A DNA stretch of 64,000 nucleotides from Candidatus Eiseniibacteriota bacterium (GCA_044223005.1 JBGAML010000009.1:32001-96000); one strand, 5' to 3'. Shown: positions 27,936-40,581, counted from the stretch's first letter. Notes: generated by a model not told the origin, from the sequence alone. Numbers and translations are program-made.

Positions 27936-30416
27936 TCAGCCCTCGCTGCGCCGGGCGACGAGCATCGTGATGTCGTCCGCCGGGCCGGTTTCGCCCTCGA
28001 ATGCGCGGACTTCCCGCACGACCCCGTTCGCGATCGCATCGCAGCTCTCGCCGCGCCGCCGGAGCAGCGCCTGGACCAGCCGGTCCTCGCCGAACTGTTC
28101 GGTCGCGGCGTCCGCGCCCTCGGTGACGCCGTCGGTGTAGAGCACCAGCAGGTCCCCGGGGGCGAGCGTGGCCTCGCCGCTCTCGAACCGCGACTCCGGC
28201 AGGATGCCCAGGATGAGGCCGCCGGTCGCCAGCCACTCGACCGTCCCGTCCGCCCGCACGAGCGCCGGCGGGTTGTGGCCGGCGTTCGCGTAGACGAAGC
28301 GGCCGGTGCGGCCGTCGAGGAAGCCGACGAACGCGGTGACGAACTTGCCCGGGTCGACGCTGCGGTGGAGGAACGCGTTCAGCCGCCCGGCCACCTCGTC
28401 GGGCTGCGAGCGGTCGACGTCCTGGCTCATCAGCGAGGCGCGGAACGCCGACATGAGCAGTGCGGCCGGGACGCCCTTGCCCGAGACGTCCGCGATCACG
28501 AGCAGCACGCGGCCGTCGCCGAGGGGGATGTGGTCGTAGTAGTCGCCGCCGACCTCACGCGCGGGTTCGCTGTGGCCCGCGACTTCGAGCCCCGGGACCT
28601 GCGGCGGCGCCGCGGGGAGCAGGCGCTGCTGGATGCGCCGCGCCAGGTCGAGCTCGCTCTCCAGCCGGTCCCGTTCCTTCTGCACCTCGCGCGCGCGTTC
28701 GAGACCTTCCGCCATGCGGTTGAACGCGCTGGCGGCGTCCCAGAGTTCGTCGTCGCCGTGGATCGGGATCCGGTACTCGAGCCGCTGCTCGCCCAGCGCG
28801 CGGGTGCCTTCGCGCAGCGCCGCCACCGGCTGCACGAAGCTGCGTCCGAGCTGGCGCACCATGGTCATGTTGAAGAGCAGCACCGGCAGCAGGAGCAGCA
28901 CGAGGCCCGCGAGGATCATGATCGGGATCAGGTTGTACGGGTTCTCGCTCACGTTGCGGTAGAGCCCGCTCACGATCGCCTTGAACGACACCTTCGCCGA
29001 AATCGCGAAGCTGCGTTCCGCCCACTCGCCGTCGCGGAAGCGCAGTCCGGCGACGTTCGCGCGAGCGGCGCCACCGAGCGAGTCCACGCGCACGTCGCCG
29101 TCGGAGTCCTCGGCGCCGACCAGCGTGTCCTGGCCGGTGCTGATCATGATCGCGCCGGTGCCCGGCCGGGAGTGGACCGCCGAATCCGGCACGCCGAACG
29201 TGCGCGCGACCGCGCGGGCACGTTGCAGGCCGAGCGAGTCCTCGCGCGCCAGGCGGGCGCGGTTCGCGATCACGCCGGCGTTCGACGGTCGGAGTTCGGC
29301 CATGACGAGGTGCGCGTCCGCGAGGTGGGAGGGGCCGCTCACCAGCGCTTCTCCGATCGGCACGAGCGCCACGGCTGCGACGCCGCGCGCCGAGTCGCGC
29401 GCGGCCGCGCCGAGCCAGCGCACGTCCTCGAGTTCGACGACGCCGTGGTCGGGGAGCGAGTCGAGGCCCGCGGCCCACGTCGCCAGATGGGACTCTCCGC
29501 CCGCGGGGTCGCCCGCGACGCGGTGCGCCGCTCCGCCCTCGATCCGCCAGAGGCGTGCGTGCGGCCACTCGCGGGCGTGGGAGGCGACGACCGCGCGCAG
29601 GGCCGCGTCGGGGTCGCCGGGCGTCGCGAGCGCCTGCGCGAGCGCGAGCCGCAGCCCGTCGGCTTCCGCGTTCACGGCGCGCTGCGCGAGCAGCGCCCGA
29701 TCGGAGCCGGCCCCGAGCCATGTGGTGAGCACCCACATGCCGACGGTGAGGACGAGCGGCACGCCGACGACCAGCAGGTGCGAGAGTGCGAGGCGGCGGC
29801 GCACCGTGCGGATGCCGAGGCTCGGATCCGTGACGAACGTCGCGAGCGCCTTGAAGAAGCCGGTCACCACGTAGGTGAGCGCGACCGCCGTCGTGAAGCG
29901 GCGGAAGTCCGCCAGCGCGAGCAGGGCACCCGTGTACTCCGGGGATTCGGCGCGGCCACCGAATCGCGCGAAGAACGCGGCGACCACCGCCAGCGCCCCC
30001 AGCGCCGAGGCGAACAGCGCGCGCGTGCCGAGCGCGGACCGCCAGCCGAACGACAGCGTCGCGAACACGGCGAACGTCGCGATCGCCGCCCACGGCGCGT
30101 GCATGGCCGCGAGCAGGACCGCGATCGCCGCGGACGCGATGCGGAGCCAGCGACCACGGCGCGGGACGCCGCACGTCGAGAGCCACACGACCGAGGTCCA
30201 GAGCGCCATGCCGGAGAGCGCGCGGACCACGAGGAGTGCGGTGGAGGCCGCGCCGGCCACGCCGCTCCCCTCGACGTCGCGCAGCAGGCCGGAGACCAGC
30301 AGGCCCACGCCGAGGACGAGAAGGGCCGCGCGTACCCGCGGTGGCCGCGCGGCCTGGGGAACCCTCGCCGCCCAGGTCGCGACGGCGAGCGAGATCAAGA
30401 AGAGGAGGGGACCCAT
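27936..30416 (-). CDS. Membrane sensor with HAMP domain and SpoIIE/PP2C (RsbU-like) phosphatase
   Basis: VGGDYYD, ADVSGKG, NAGHNP, YTDGVTE, DDITM motifs; HAMP DELWDAASAFNRM; multiple TMs. Start uncertain (30416 or 30476). Confidence 0.9.
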   Translation of the reverse strand: MGPLLFLISLAVATWAARVPQAARPPRVRAALLVLGVGLLVSGLLRDVEGSGVAGAASTALLVVRALSGMALWTSVVWLSTCGVPRRGRWLRIASAAIAVLLAAMHAPWAAIATFAVFATLSFGWRSALGTRALFASALGALAVVAAFFARFGGRAESPEYTGALLALADFRRFTTAVALTYVVTGFFKALATFVTDPSLGIRTVRRRLALSHLLVVGVPLVLTVGMWVLTTWLGAGSDRALLAQRAVNAEADGLRLALAQALATPGDPDAALRAVVASHAREWPHARLWRIEGGAAHRVAGDPAGGESHLATWAAGLDSLPDHGVVELEDVRWLGAAARDSARGVAAVALVPIGEALVSGPSHLADAHLVMAELRPSNAGVIANRARLAREDSLGLQRARAVARTFGVPDSAVHSRPGTGAIMISTGQDTLVGAEDSDGDVRVDSLGGAARANVAGLRFRDGEWAERSFAISAKVSFKAIVSGLYRNVSENPYNLIPIMILAGLVLLLLPVLLFNMTMVRQLGRSFVQPVAALREGTRALGEQRLEYRIPIHGDDELWDAASAFNRMAEGLERAREVQKERDRLESELDLARRIQQRLLPAAPPQVPGLEVAGHSEPAREVGGDYYDHIPLGDGRVLLVIADVSGKGVPAALLMSAFRASLMSQDVDRSQPDEVAGRLNAFLHRSVDPGKFVTAFVGFLDGRTGRFVYANAGHNPPALVRADGTVEWLATGGLILGILPESRFESGEATLAPGDLLVLYTDGVTEGADAATEQFGEDRLVQALLRRRGESCDAIANGVVREVRAFEGETGPADDITMLVARRSEG

Positions 30417-30571
30417 CGAGACCACTGTATCGGAGCCGCAACCCTTTGACCACCATCGCGCTCCGCGATTCGGCATGCCGCGTGCGCCTTTTCGGGCACC
30501 TGCGGGGGTGCAGCGGTGTAGGAACGGGTGGCTCCCCAGCCATCGCGAGTCCTGTCCGACAACGGAGGCCC

Positions 30572-31222
30572 GTGGCGTCCCGAATGCTGGTCCCGAACGC
30601 TCCGTCCCGCCCGCCGCTGGGCGTGAGCGCACCACCCGAACGCCGATCGATCGCCGCGCCCCGACCGGGCCGCGCGGCGCCGCTCCATGCGCTGCCGGTC
30701 ACGGGGACGCCCGGTCCCTCGACGCTGGCGGATGTGTGGGCGGCGCTGCGCCGCAGCGCCGACGCGCTCGGCGTGCCGGAGCATGGCGTGCTCACGATCG
30801 CGCGGCTGCAGCGCCGGCTGCGCGGCATCGGCGAGCGTGCGGCGGCGATGCCCGAGCGCCGCATCGCCGTGCTGGAGAGCGTCACACCGCCGCGGGCCGC
30901 GGGCCGCTGGTGGCCCGAGATCGCGACGATCGCGCACGCCCTCGACGCGCCCGCGTGGGACGCGGCGCTCGCGCTCGACGCCGTGTTCGTGGTGCCGCCG
31001 GCGCTCGACCTCGCGCCGTCGGTCGCGCTCAGCGAACCGTTCGTGCGCCGGCTCGCCAGAAAACTGCCCGACGCCGCGTGGATCGCATGCAGCGGCCGTG
31101 CGCTCTGGATCGGCGGCGGCGAGAACGTCGCGCTGGCGCTCGAGGTGGTCGCCGAGGTGCTGCACCCGGCGGCGTTCCGGTTCGGCCACGAGGGCCGGCT
31201 CTGGAGGCGCGTCCGCGCCTGA
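30572..31222 (+). CDS. Degenerate or N-terminally truncated BtuF/TroA-like substrate-binding protein
   Basis: STLADVWAAL...ADALGV...AAGRWWPEI...LEVVAEVLHPAAFRFGHEG resembles the C-terminal part of cobalamin-binding ABC proteins. Start uncertain (30572 or 30584). Confidence 0.45.
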   Translation: MASRMLVPNAPSRPPLGVSAPPERRSIAAPRPGRAAPLHALPVTGTPGPSTLADVWAALRRSADALGVPEHGVLTIARLQRRLRGIGERAAAMPERRIAVLESVTPPRAAGRWWPEIATIAHALDAPAWDAALALDAVFVVPPALDLAPSVALSEPFVRRLARKLPDAAWIACSGRALWIGGGENVALALEVVAEVLHPAAFRFGHEGRLWRRVRA

Positions 31223-31497
31223 CGCCCGGCGCCGGGGCCGCTTCCCGCGCTGCGGGAGCGGATTCCGGCTGCGATCGGGGCTCGTGGCGCGTGCTGGAGC
31301 GGCGGCGCGCAGGTGCCGAAAACCTCCGGGATCGACCGGGGGCGGCCGGCCACGGCCTGCCGCCCGCGAGCGGGCTTGGCCCGCCCCGGGGCAGGCGCTA
31401 ACCTGCCGCGCGGATCGGTCCATGGACGCCGCGCGACCCGCCGGAGAGCCTGGCGGGGCGGGCCGAGGCAACGTACCGAGCACGGACGGGGACAGCG

Positions 31498-33390
31498 ATG
31501 AGCGAGACGAAGCCCAACGTCAGCGAGAGCGAAGCGCGCGCGGTCGCCGAAGGGGCGCGCGAGACCACGTGGGAAGCGCCGTCGTTCGTGCGCGAGCTGT
31601 TCCTCGGCAAGCTCGATCTCGGGCTGATCCACCCGTACCCCGAGCCCGACGCGGAAGAGCAGAAGCGCGCCGCGGCCTTCCTCGAGGCCCTCGGCCGGTA
31701 CGCGCGCCAGATCGACGGCGAGCGCATCGAGCGCGATGGCCGCATCCCGCCCGAGGTCGTGCAGGGCCTGCGCGAGCTGGGCGCGTTCGGGATCAAGATC
31801 CCGCGCGAGTACGGCGGCCTCGGCCTGTCGCAGTACAGCTACTGCCGCGCGATGGCGCTGATCGGCACCGTGCACGGTTCGCTGGTCGCGCTGCTCTCGG
31901 CGCACCAGTCGATCGGCGTGCCGGGCCCGGTCAAGATGTTCGGCACCGAGGAGCAGAAGAAGCGCCTCCTGCCGCGGCTCGCGAAGGGCGCCATCTCGGC
32001 GTTCGCGCTCACCGAGGACGAAGTCGGCTCCGATCCGGCGCGCATGACCACGACCGCGATCCCGACGGCGGACGGCAGCGCGTACGTCCTGAACGGCCAG
32101 AAGCTCTGGATCACCAACGGAACGGTCGCCGAACTCATGGTCGTGATGGCCCGCACTCCGGGCCGCGACGGCAAGCCGGGGCCGATCTCGGCGTTCGTCG
32201 TCGAGTCGAGCTGGCCGGGTGTCGAGGTCGCGAAGCGGCTCGAGTTCATGGGCGTGCGCGGCATCGAGAACGCGGTGCTCAAGTTCACCGACGTGCGGGT
32301 GCCGAAGGAGAACCTGCTCTGGGGCGAGGGCAAGGGCCTGAAGCTCGCGCTCATCACGCTCAACACCGGCCGTCTCACGCTGCCCGCCGGCATGGCCGCG
32401 ACGGGCAAGTGGTGCCTCAACATCTGCCGGCAGTTCGCCAACGAGCGCAAGCAGTGGGGCAAGCCGGTCGGCCAGCACGACGCGATCGCGCAGATGCTCG
32501 CCAAGATGGCCGCCGACACGTACGCGATGGAAGCGGTCGCCGACCTGGGCTGCCTGCTCGCCGATCGCGGCAAGGCCGACATCCGGCTCGAGGCCGCGAT
32601 CGCCAAGATGTGGAACACGGACCTCGCGTGGGCGCTGACCGACGACGCGATGCAGATCCGCGGCGGCCGCGGCTACGAGACGGCCGCGAGCCTCGCCTCG
32701 CGCGGCGAGGCGCCGATCCCGCTCGAGCGGATCATGCGCGACCTGCGCATCAACCGCATCTTCGAGGGCTCGAACCAGGTGATGCGGCTCTTCATCGCGC
32801 GCGAGGCGCTCGACGTGCACCTCAAGGTCGCGGGCGACGTGGTGATGCCCGGCGTGCCCATGGGCCGCCGGCTGTCGGGTCTCGTGCGCGCAGGCTTCTT
32901 CTACGCGGGCTGGTACCCGTCGCGCTGGCTGGGCTGGGGCCGCTGGCCGCAGTACGGCGAGTTCGGCGCGCTCGCGGATCACGTGCGCTGGATCGAGCGC
33001 ACGTCGCGGCGGCTCGCGCGTCAGGTGTTCCATCTCATGGTGACGAACGGGCCCGCGCTCGAGCGGCGCCAGTCGCAGCTCTTCCGCGCCGTCGACGTGG
33101 GCGCGGAGCTGTTCGCGATGGCGGCCACGTGCTCGCGCGCGATGCGCGACACGCGGCAGGGCCGCGGCGAAGGCACGGCGATCGAGCTGGCGGACACGTT
33201 CTGCCAGGCGGCCCGCCGGCGCGCCGAGGCGAGCTTCGCAGCGATCGGGTCCAACGACGACGTCGCGAACTACCAGACGGCGAAGGGCGTGCTCGCCGGC
33301 CGCTACGGCTGGCTCGAGTCGGGCGTCGTGCTCGCGCCGCACGAGGCGCCGGCCGAGTCCGGGCGCACGCGCGGCGCCGCGGCGCAGTAA
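31498..33390 (+). CDS. Acyl-CoA dehydrogenase, VLCAD/ACAD9-like long form (630 aa)
   Basis: AHQSIGVP, AFALTEDEVGSD, LNGQKLWITNG, QIRGGRGYE, RDLRINRIFEG plus C-terminal extension. Confidence 0.93.
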   Translation: MSETKPNVSESEARAVAEGARETTWEAPSFVRELFLGKLDLGLIHPYPEPDAEEQKRAAAFLEALGRYARQIDGERIERDGRIPPEVVQGLRELGAFGIKIPREYGGLGLSQYSYCRAMALIGTVHGSLVALLSAHQSIGVPGPVKMFGTEEQKKRLLPRLAKGAISAFALTEDEVGSDPARMTTTAIPTADGSAYVLNGQKLWITNGTVAELMVVMARTPGRDGKPGPISAFVVESSWPGVEVAKRLEFMGVRGIENAVLKFTDVRVPKENLLWGEGKGLKLALITLNTGRLTLPAGMAATGKWCLNICRQFANERKQWGKPVGQHDAIAQMLAKMAADTYAMEAVADLGCLLADRGKADIRLEAAIAKMWNTDLAWALTDDAMQIRGGRGYETAASLASRGEAPIPLERIMRDLRINRIFEGSNQVMRLFIAREALDVHLKVAGDVVMPGVPMGRRLSGLVRAGFFYAGWYPSRWLGWGRWPQYGEFGALADHVRWIERTSRRLARQVFHLMVTNGPALERRQSQLFRAVDVGAELFAMAATCSRAMRDTRQGRGEGTAIELADTFCQAARRRAEASFAAIGSNDDVANYQTAKGVLAGRYGWLESGVVLAPHEAPAESGRTRGAAAQ

Positions 33391-33436
33391 CCCGCCACCC
33401 GCACCCGACGGGTTGTGCTCGGAAGATTGCAGGTGA

Positions 33437-33469
33437 TCGGGGCCCGCACCCTCGTGGTGCGGGCCCCGA
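33437..33469. terminator. 14-bp hairpin inside the IS end, between convergent genes
   Basis: tcggggcccgcacc-ctcgt-ggtgcgggccccga. Confidence 0.55.
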
Positions 33470-33488
33470 ACCGTTTTCCGGCCTTCCA

Positions 33489-34545
33489 CTACATCGCGTA
33501 CTTCCGGAACGCCCGGTCCCCGTTCGGGATCTCGCGCGTCTCGATCTCGCGCCAGTAGTACTGCCGCCAGCGCTCCGGCACCGCGAGCCGCCCTGGGAAC
33601 AGCCGCCCATGCAGCATTTCCCTCACGGTCTGCGGTCGGTCCATCAGCTGCAGCCGCATCGCGGGTGTCTCCGTATGGGCTCGCTCGCTGAAGTACTTGC
33701 CGTAGTTCCGCCACACCAGGAACCACCACAGCCGCTCCACCGCCGCCTGCCGCCGCTTCGAGAACGCGATCGTCTCGCATGTCCAGCAGGTTCACTTCGA
33801 ACAGCGGATTCCGAGGTGTGCGCGCCGCGCGTGAGCTGATCGTGTGGTGCGCGATCGCGTGGTGCTTCAGGTGCCGGATCGCGCGCGGGTAGTCGCTGTG
33901 CTCGTCCGTGTAGAGCTCCAGCGCCTGCACCTGCGGCAGCGTGAGCTGGAGCAGGCCCGCCACCTCGCGCTCGATGCTGCGCGGGGCGGGGCGGCCCCAC
34001 TTCTCCTCCAGCTCCGTCCGGCGTCGCTTCTGGCGCTTCGTCATCTGGCCGCTTCTGCGCAGCTCCGAGTCAGCGAACCCGTAGAAGAAGTGGCTCACCC
34101 GCCCGGCCAACAAGTGAAAGAGCGTCGGGTGGTACTGGCTGTACTCGAAGCTCTGGAACGAATCCAGCGCCAGCGGCTCCTGGATGGGGCCCTTGGGGCC
34201 GTGCGCGACGTGGTAGAGCAGCGCGTGGCGCCCCAGCCGGATGGCGAGGTTCATGATCGACTGGGGCGAGGCCTTGAACTCGCGCGCGATCTGGCGCAGG
34301 GCCGAGCCACCCAGGAGCCGGTGGGCGACCGGGATCAGCCGCTTGGGATAGCGGAGCCAGTAGGTGGTGGCGAAGGTCTGGGTGGAGAAGTTGCGCCCAC
34401 AGTGGTCACAGCGGAAACGGGGGATGCGCCGGGGGCTGGCCTGGCGGGTGTAGTAGCCGGCGTGGGACCAGCGCCACAAGGCGCGTTCGGCCTTGTGGTA
34501 GCGACAGCGCGGGTTGGGGCAGAACGGCGGGATGAAGGTCGTCAT
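33489..34545 (-). pseudogene. Frameshifted IS1-family-like transposase
   Basis: N-terminal zinc finger CPNPRC...RFRCDHC, HTH (LRQIAREF), LALD and YTDEH acidic motifs; frame breaks near 33777 (NLLDM | ETIAFSKRR...WRNY...TPAMRL). Confidence 0.7.
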
Positions 34546-34650
34546 GCCGGAGGATCACTGCATCCCCCGCGCCAGCTGCATTCTTCCGAGCACAACGCTC
34601 GCGACGCTCCGGCTGGACGCACCGGCCGGGGCGTCGCACACTGTCCGGAT

Positions 34651-36196
<1,546 letters not shown>

Positions 36197-36213
<17 letters not shown>

Positions 36214-38800
36214 CGGCGCCGCGCGCGCGGGCGATACGCTCGCGCACTACCGCCTGATCGAGCGCATCGGCGCCGGCGGCATGGGCGAGGTCTGGCGCGC
36301 GTTCGACACGACGCTCGAACGCGAGGTCGCGATCAAGCGCCTGCCGGCGGAGCTGGCGGCCGATCCCGACGCGCGCGACGCGCTCGTGCGCGAAGCGCGC
36401 ACGGCCTCGAAGCTCGCGCACCCGAACGTGTGCGTCGTGCACGAAGTGGGCGTGACGGGCGACGTGGTCTACGTCGCCATGGAACGGATCGAGGGCGCCA
36501 CGCTGGAGGCACTGCTGCCGCCCGCGGGCTGGTCCGACGAAGTCGTCGCGCGCGACGGCGCCGCGATCGCGCGCGCGCTCGCGCACGCGCACGCGCGCGG
36601 CGTCGTGCACCGGGACTTGAAGCCCGCGAACGTCATGATCACGCCCGAAGGCACCGTCAAGCTGCTCGACTTCGGGCTCGCGCGTGCGCTGCCGGCGGGC
36701 GGCGGCGCCGCGGGCGCCACGACCACGGGTGTGGTCGCGGGCACGCCGCAGTACCTCGCACCCGAGGTCCTCATGGGCGGGCGCGCGACGCCGGCGAGCG
36801 ATCTCTGGGCGCTCGGCGCGCTGCTCCACCAGATGGCGTCGGGCCGGCCCGCGTTCGCGGGCGACACCGTCGGCGTCGTGGTGACCGCGATCCTGCACGG
36901 CGAACCCGCGCCGCTGCCGGCGCACGTGGGCGAGGGGCTGCGCGACGTGATCCGCCGCTGCCTCGCGCGCGATCCGGCGGTGCGCCCCGCGGACGCGGCC
37001 GAGATCGCCGCCGCACTCGAGGCGGTGCGCGCGGGCAGCGCACCGTCGCCGCGGCCCGCGCCCGCCGTGGCGCCGCCGGCGGCGCCACTCACGCATCCCG
37101 CGCGCCGCGTGGTCCTCGCGCTCGTGCTGCTCGCGGCGGTGGTGCTCGCGTGGCGGTACTGGGGGCCCGGGACGCACGTGTTCGCCGGCCGCGCGCGCAC
37201 CGTGATGGTCCTGCCGTTCGAGGTCCGCGGCAGCGTCGAGGGCTCGGCATTCGCGGGTCGCGCGTTCGCGGAGGCGCTGGCCGCCGGGCTGGCGCAGTCG
37301 CGCGAGCTGCGCGTCGTGCCGGTGCCGCCCGAGGCGGAACTGCCGGCGCCGGGATCGCGTGCGCAGGCGCGCGTCGCCGTCGAGGCGGGTGCGGGCCGTC
37401 TGGTGACCGGCGTGGTGGAGCGCGAGGGCGATTCGCTGCGCGCCGAGCTGCAGATCGTCGACGCCGGCGAGCGGCGCGTGCTCGGCGCCGCGATGCGCCG
37501 CGGCGCGCCCGAGGACCTGCCGCGGCTCGCGGCGCTGCTCGCGCTCGACGTGGCCGACCAGCTGGGGACGCCGCCGCCGCATCGCTACGAGTCGGTGATG
37601 CTCGCGACGGGTTCGCCCGCGCTCGCGGGCTCGCCGGTGTGGATCGAGGCGCTCGGGGCGCTGCGCCGCTGGGACGTGCCGCTGGGGCTCGAGTCCACGC
37701 AGCGCCTGGTCGCCGCGTTCCCGGGCGAGCCCGACGCGCGCGCACTGCGGCTCGCCGCGCTGCTCGCCGCCGCGCGTGCGCCCGGCGCCCGCGCGGACGT
37801 GACGCGCGAGATCACGGCGCAGGCGGACACGCTCGAGCGGATCGACCCGCGCACGCCGTGGGCGCCGGTGGCGCGCGCCATCGCGGGCCCCGAGCCCGCG
37901 GAGCGCCGCGCGGCCGCGCTCGGCCGCGTGCTCGGCCGGCGCGACCTGACGCCGGCGGCGCGCGCGTCCGTCTACACGCTGCGCGCCGACCTGCGCGGCG
38001 CGGTGCTGCACGACGTCGCGGGGGCGCTCGACGACGCCTCGCGCGCCATGGCGCTGGATCCGGCGAGCGACCTCGCGCTCTCGACGCAGGCGCGCTGGTA
38101 CTCGGCGGCTGGCCGCGATTCCGAGGCCGTGGATCGCCTGCACCGCGCGCTCGCGCTCAATCCCACGCTCGCCGACTACTGGCTCCAGCTCGCGCATGCG
38201 GAACTGCGTCGCGGCCGGGCCGACGAGACCGCGGCGGCCTACGCGCGCGCAGCCGCGGTGTCGCGCGACGAGTTCGCCGTGCGGCTCGACCAGTGGCGCG
38301 CGCTCGCGGCGCTCGGGCGCTGGGAGGAAGCCGAACTCTGCGCGCAGCGCCTGCGCGAGCTGCGTCCCGACGATCCCGCACCGGCGCTGCGCGCCGCGTG
38401 GGCGCAGATGCGGCTCGCGCACTGGGCCGATGCCGCCGACGCGCTCGCCCGCGCGTGCGCGCTCGGCGAGCCGGACGCGTGCGCGCTGCGCGGCGCCGTC
38501 GCGTCGGTCGTCGCGATGCGGCCGGGATCGCGGCCGCCGGCGATCGCGCCGGGTGCGGCGACGGCGGAGCGCTCCGGGGCGTACGTGCAGGCCGTGCTCT
38601 ACGCGCGCGCGGGTGCCCGCTCGGGTGCGATCGCGATGCTGCGTGCCGCGGCGTCCCGCGGCGAGGTGGAGCCGGCGCTCGCCCGCGATCCCAACTTCGA
38701 GGCGTTGCGCGGCGATCCGGCGTTCGACGCGCTCGTCGCGACCGCCACGTCCGTGCCGCCCGGTGCACGCGCCCGCGCGTGGGGCGCGCTGGAGCGTTAG
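36197..38800 (+). CDS. Hanks-type Ser/Thr kinase with TM, VLPF (TolB-N/CsgG-like) domain and TPR repeats (867 aa)
   Basis: GAGGMGEV, VAIK, HRDLKPAN, DFG, GTPQYLAPE; start overlaps the activator gene. Confidence 0.9.
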
Positions 38801-40251
38801 GGCGAAGGCGTCACCACGCGCAGCTCCACCGGTGCGCGGCGCCAGAGCGCGGTGGGCGCGGCGGCGTGGAAGCGCGCGACCGCCCACGCGCCGGCACGCG
38901 ATGCGACGCCGCTGCGCACCGCGGCGCGATCGGCGTCGACGCACCAGAGCCGCGTGCCCGCGGCGGCCGCGGCGTCGAAGTCGCGGGCGCGCCACAGCAC
39001 CGAGTCCGGGATCACGAGCCCGCCCTCGGCGTAGTGCACGCGCTCGCCGTCGCGCAGCAGCAGCCGGCTCCGCAGTTCCGGCGCGTGGTGCAGGAAGAAG
39101 AGCAGCGTGTGCGACTCGGCGTGCACGACCACGTCGCCGGGCCGGGCCGCCTCGCGGACGCGCTCGAGCGCGCCCGCGGCGCCCCGCACTTCGTCCGACG
39201 GCGCGGCACGCCACGCCGCGACCAGCGCGAGCACGAGCGCGACCGTGCCGCCCGCCCACCGCACGGCGCGCCAGGGCAGCTGCGCAAAGCCGGCGGCCGC
39301 GGCCATCAGCAGCAGCGGGATCACCACGAACGCATCGGGCGGCAGGATCACGACCCACACGCGCTTGAGCACGAGCGGCACGGCCGCGAGCGAGAGCACC
39401 AGCGCGACGCGCCGGCGCGAACGGGTGCGGACGAGCGCGAACGCCGCCAGCAGGCCGCCGACCAGCGCGCCGCGGAACGTGTGGTAGCCGGTGATGCGGA
39501 TCAGGTGCTCGAGCTGCGCCGGTGTGGGGAAGTGGAAGAACCGCGCCGAGCCCTCGCGCGCGAACTGGTGGCGGAAGGTCGCGAGCTGCGGCAGAGCGGC
39601 GGCGATCGGCACGAGCTGCAGCGCGAGCCATGTCCGCAGCCCCGCGCGGTCGCCGCGGAGCCGCAACGCGGTCGCGGCGGCGATCGCGATCACCATCGCG
39701 GTCGCGACGTACGACGTGTAGCTGGTGAGCGCCGCCACCGCGATCCAGCCGGCGGCGTCGCGCGTCCGGCGGCGCTCGAACCACGCGAGCGCGAAGTGGA
39801 GCGCGGCGTACGTGCAGAGCCACTCGAACGGCCACACGTCGACGGCCTGCCCGAACGGCACCAGCGCCGGATGGAGCGCGGTCAGCGCCGCGGCGAGCAG
39901 GCCGACGCCAGTGCCGAAGAGCCGCTGCCCCGAGCGCCAGACGAACACGGGCACCCACGCGGCGACGAGGATCGAGAGCGCACGCTGCACGCCGTCGCCG
40001 TCGCCGAAGCAGCCGGACCACGCGTGCCGCAGCAGGAACGTGAGCGGCGGATGGATGTCGTCGCGCACGATCGCGAGCACCTGCGGCAGGGGCGGGTCGC
40101 TCATGCGCGTGACGCAGATCTCGGCGAAGTCGGCCGGCGTGCGCAGCGAGTCGCGGACCATGGCCGCGACGCCGGCGAGCATGACGCCGGTAGCGGCGAG
40201 CAACTCCCACGCACGGGGCCCCGCGGGGGCCGGGCGCTCGGCCTTCGACAT
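38797..40251 (-). CDS. GT-C fold (family 39/ArnT/PMT-like) glycosyltransferase
   Basis: DFAE...DIHPPL...RALSIL...LLAAALTALHP pattern; polytopic membrane protein. Confidence 0.65.
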   Translation of the reverse strand: MSKAERPAPAGPRAWELLAATGVMLAGVAAMVRDSLRTPADFAEICVTRMSDPPLPQVLAIVRDDIHPPLTFLLRHAWSGCFGDGDGVQRALSILVAAWVPVFVWRSGQRLFGTGVGLLAAALTALHPALVPFGQAVDVWPFEWLCTYAALHFALAWFERRRTRDAAGWIAVAALTSYTSYVATAMVIAIAAATALRLRGDRAGLRTWLALQLVPIAAALPQLATFRHQFAREGSARFFHFPTPAQLEHLIRITGYHTFRGALVGGLLAAFALVRTRSRRRVALVLSLAAVPLVLKRVWVVILPPDAFVVIPLLLMAAAAGFAQLPWRAVRWAGGTVALVLALVAAWRAAPSDEVRGAAGALERVREAARPGDVVVHAESHTLLFFLHHAPELRSRLLLRDGERVHYAEGGLVIPDSVLWRARDFDAAAAAGTRLWCVDADRAAVRSGVASRAGAWAVARFHAAAPTALWRRAPVELRVVTPSP

Positions 40252-40440
40252 GCGCGTCTCCGCGCCGGAGGGCGTGAGGGATCCGGAGGGCCGTCGCGCT
40301 CGCGCGCGTGCGAGGGTGGGGAGTGTCTCGCGGCCTCTCCCGCGGAGCGAGCATACCAAGCCCGCGGACGGCGGCGTCCGGGCCGCGAAAAGCCTGCCGA
40401 AACCCCCGGAAGGGAGCCCGAACCGGCCCGCATGGCGTTA

Positions 40441-40469
40441 TTGCCCCGGGGGGGCGGCTCGTGCACAAT
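40441..40469 (+). promoter_or_regulatory. Candidate sigma70 promoter for ftsK operon
   Basis: TTGCCC-17 nt-CACAAT. Confidence 0.4.
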
Positions 40470-40581
40470 GCTCCCGCGTCCGCCAGGGAGGCGAGGCGCG
40501 CGGCGGGGGCCGCTCCCGGGCCCCGGCGCCGTGGATGGGGCCGCCGCGCGGCGGGGTCCAAGCCAATGACCTGCTACGGGA

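Larger units (their letters stand above)
33412..34596. mobile_element. IS1-like insertion sequence (about 1.19 kb) with 24-bp terminal inverted repeats
   Basis: gttgtgctcggaagattgcaggtg (33412-33435) versus reverse complement of 34573-34596 gttgtgctcggaagaatgcagctg, 22/24 identical; encloses a single transposase-like gene. Confidence 0.75.

Noticed and set aside
22719..30449. 2576-aa + strand ORF and other long antisense or alternate-frame ORFs (e.g. 4627-6993, 36161-40561, 51009-54122)
   Set aside because: Shadow frames of real genes in high-GC DNA; Arg/Ala/Gly-rich with no recognisable motifs.
28555..34545. 1996-aa minus-strand ORF as a giant protein
   Set aside because: Only the first 256 or so codons (transposase) are meaningful; after the frameshift it runs antisense to the acyl-CoA dehydrogenase and off-frame through other genes.
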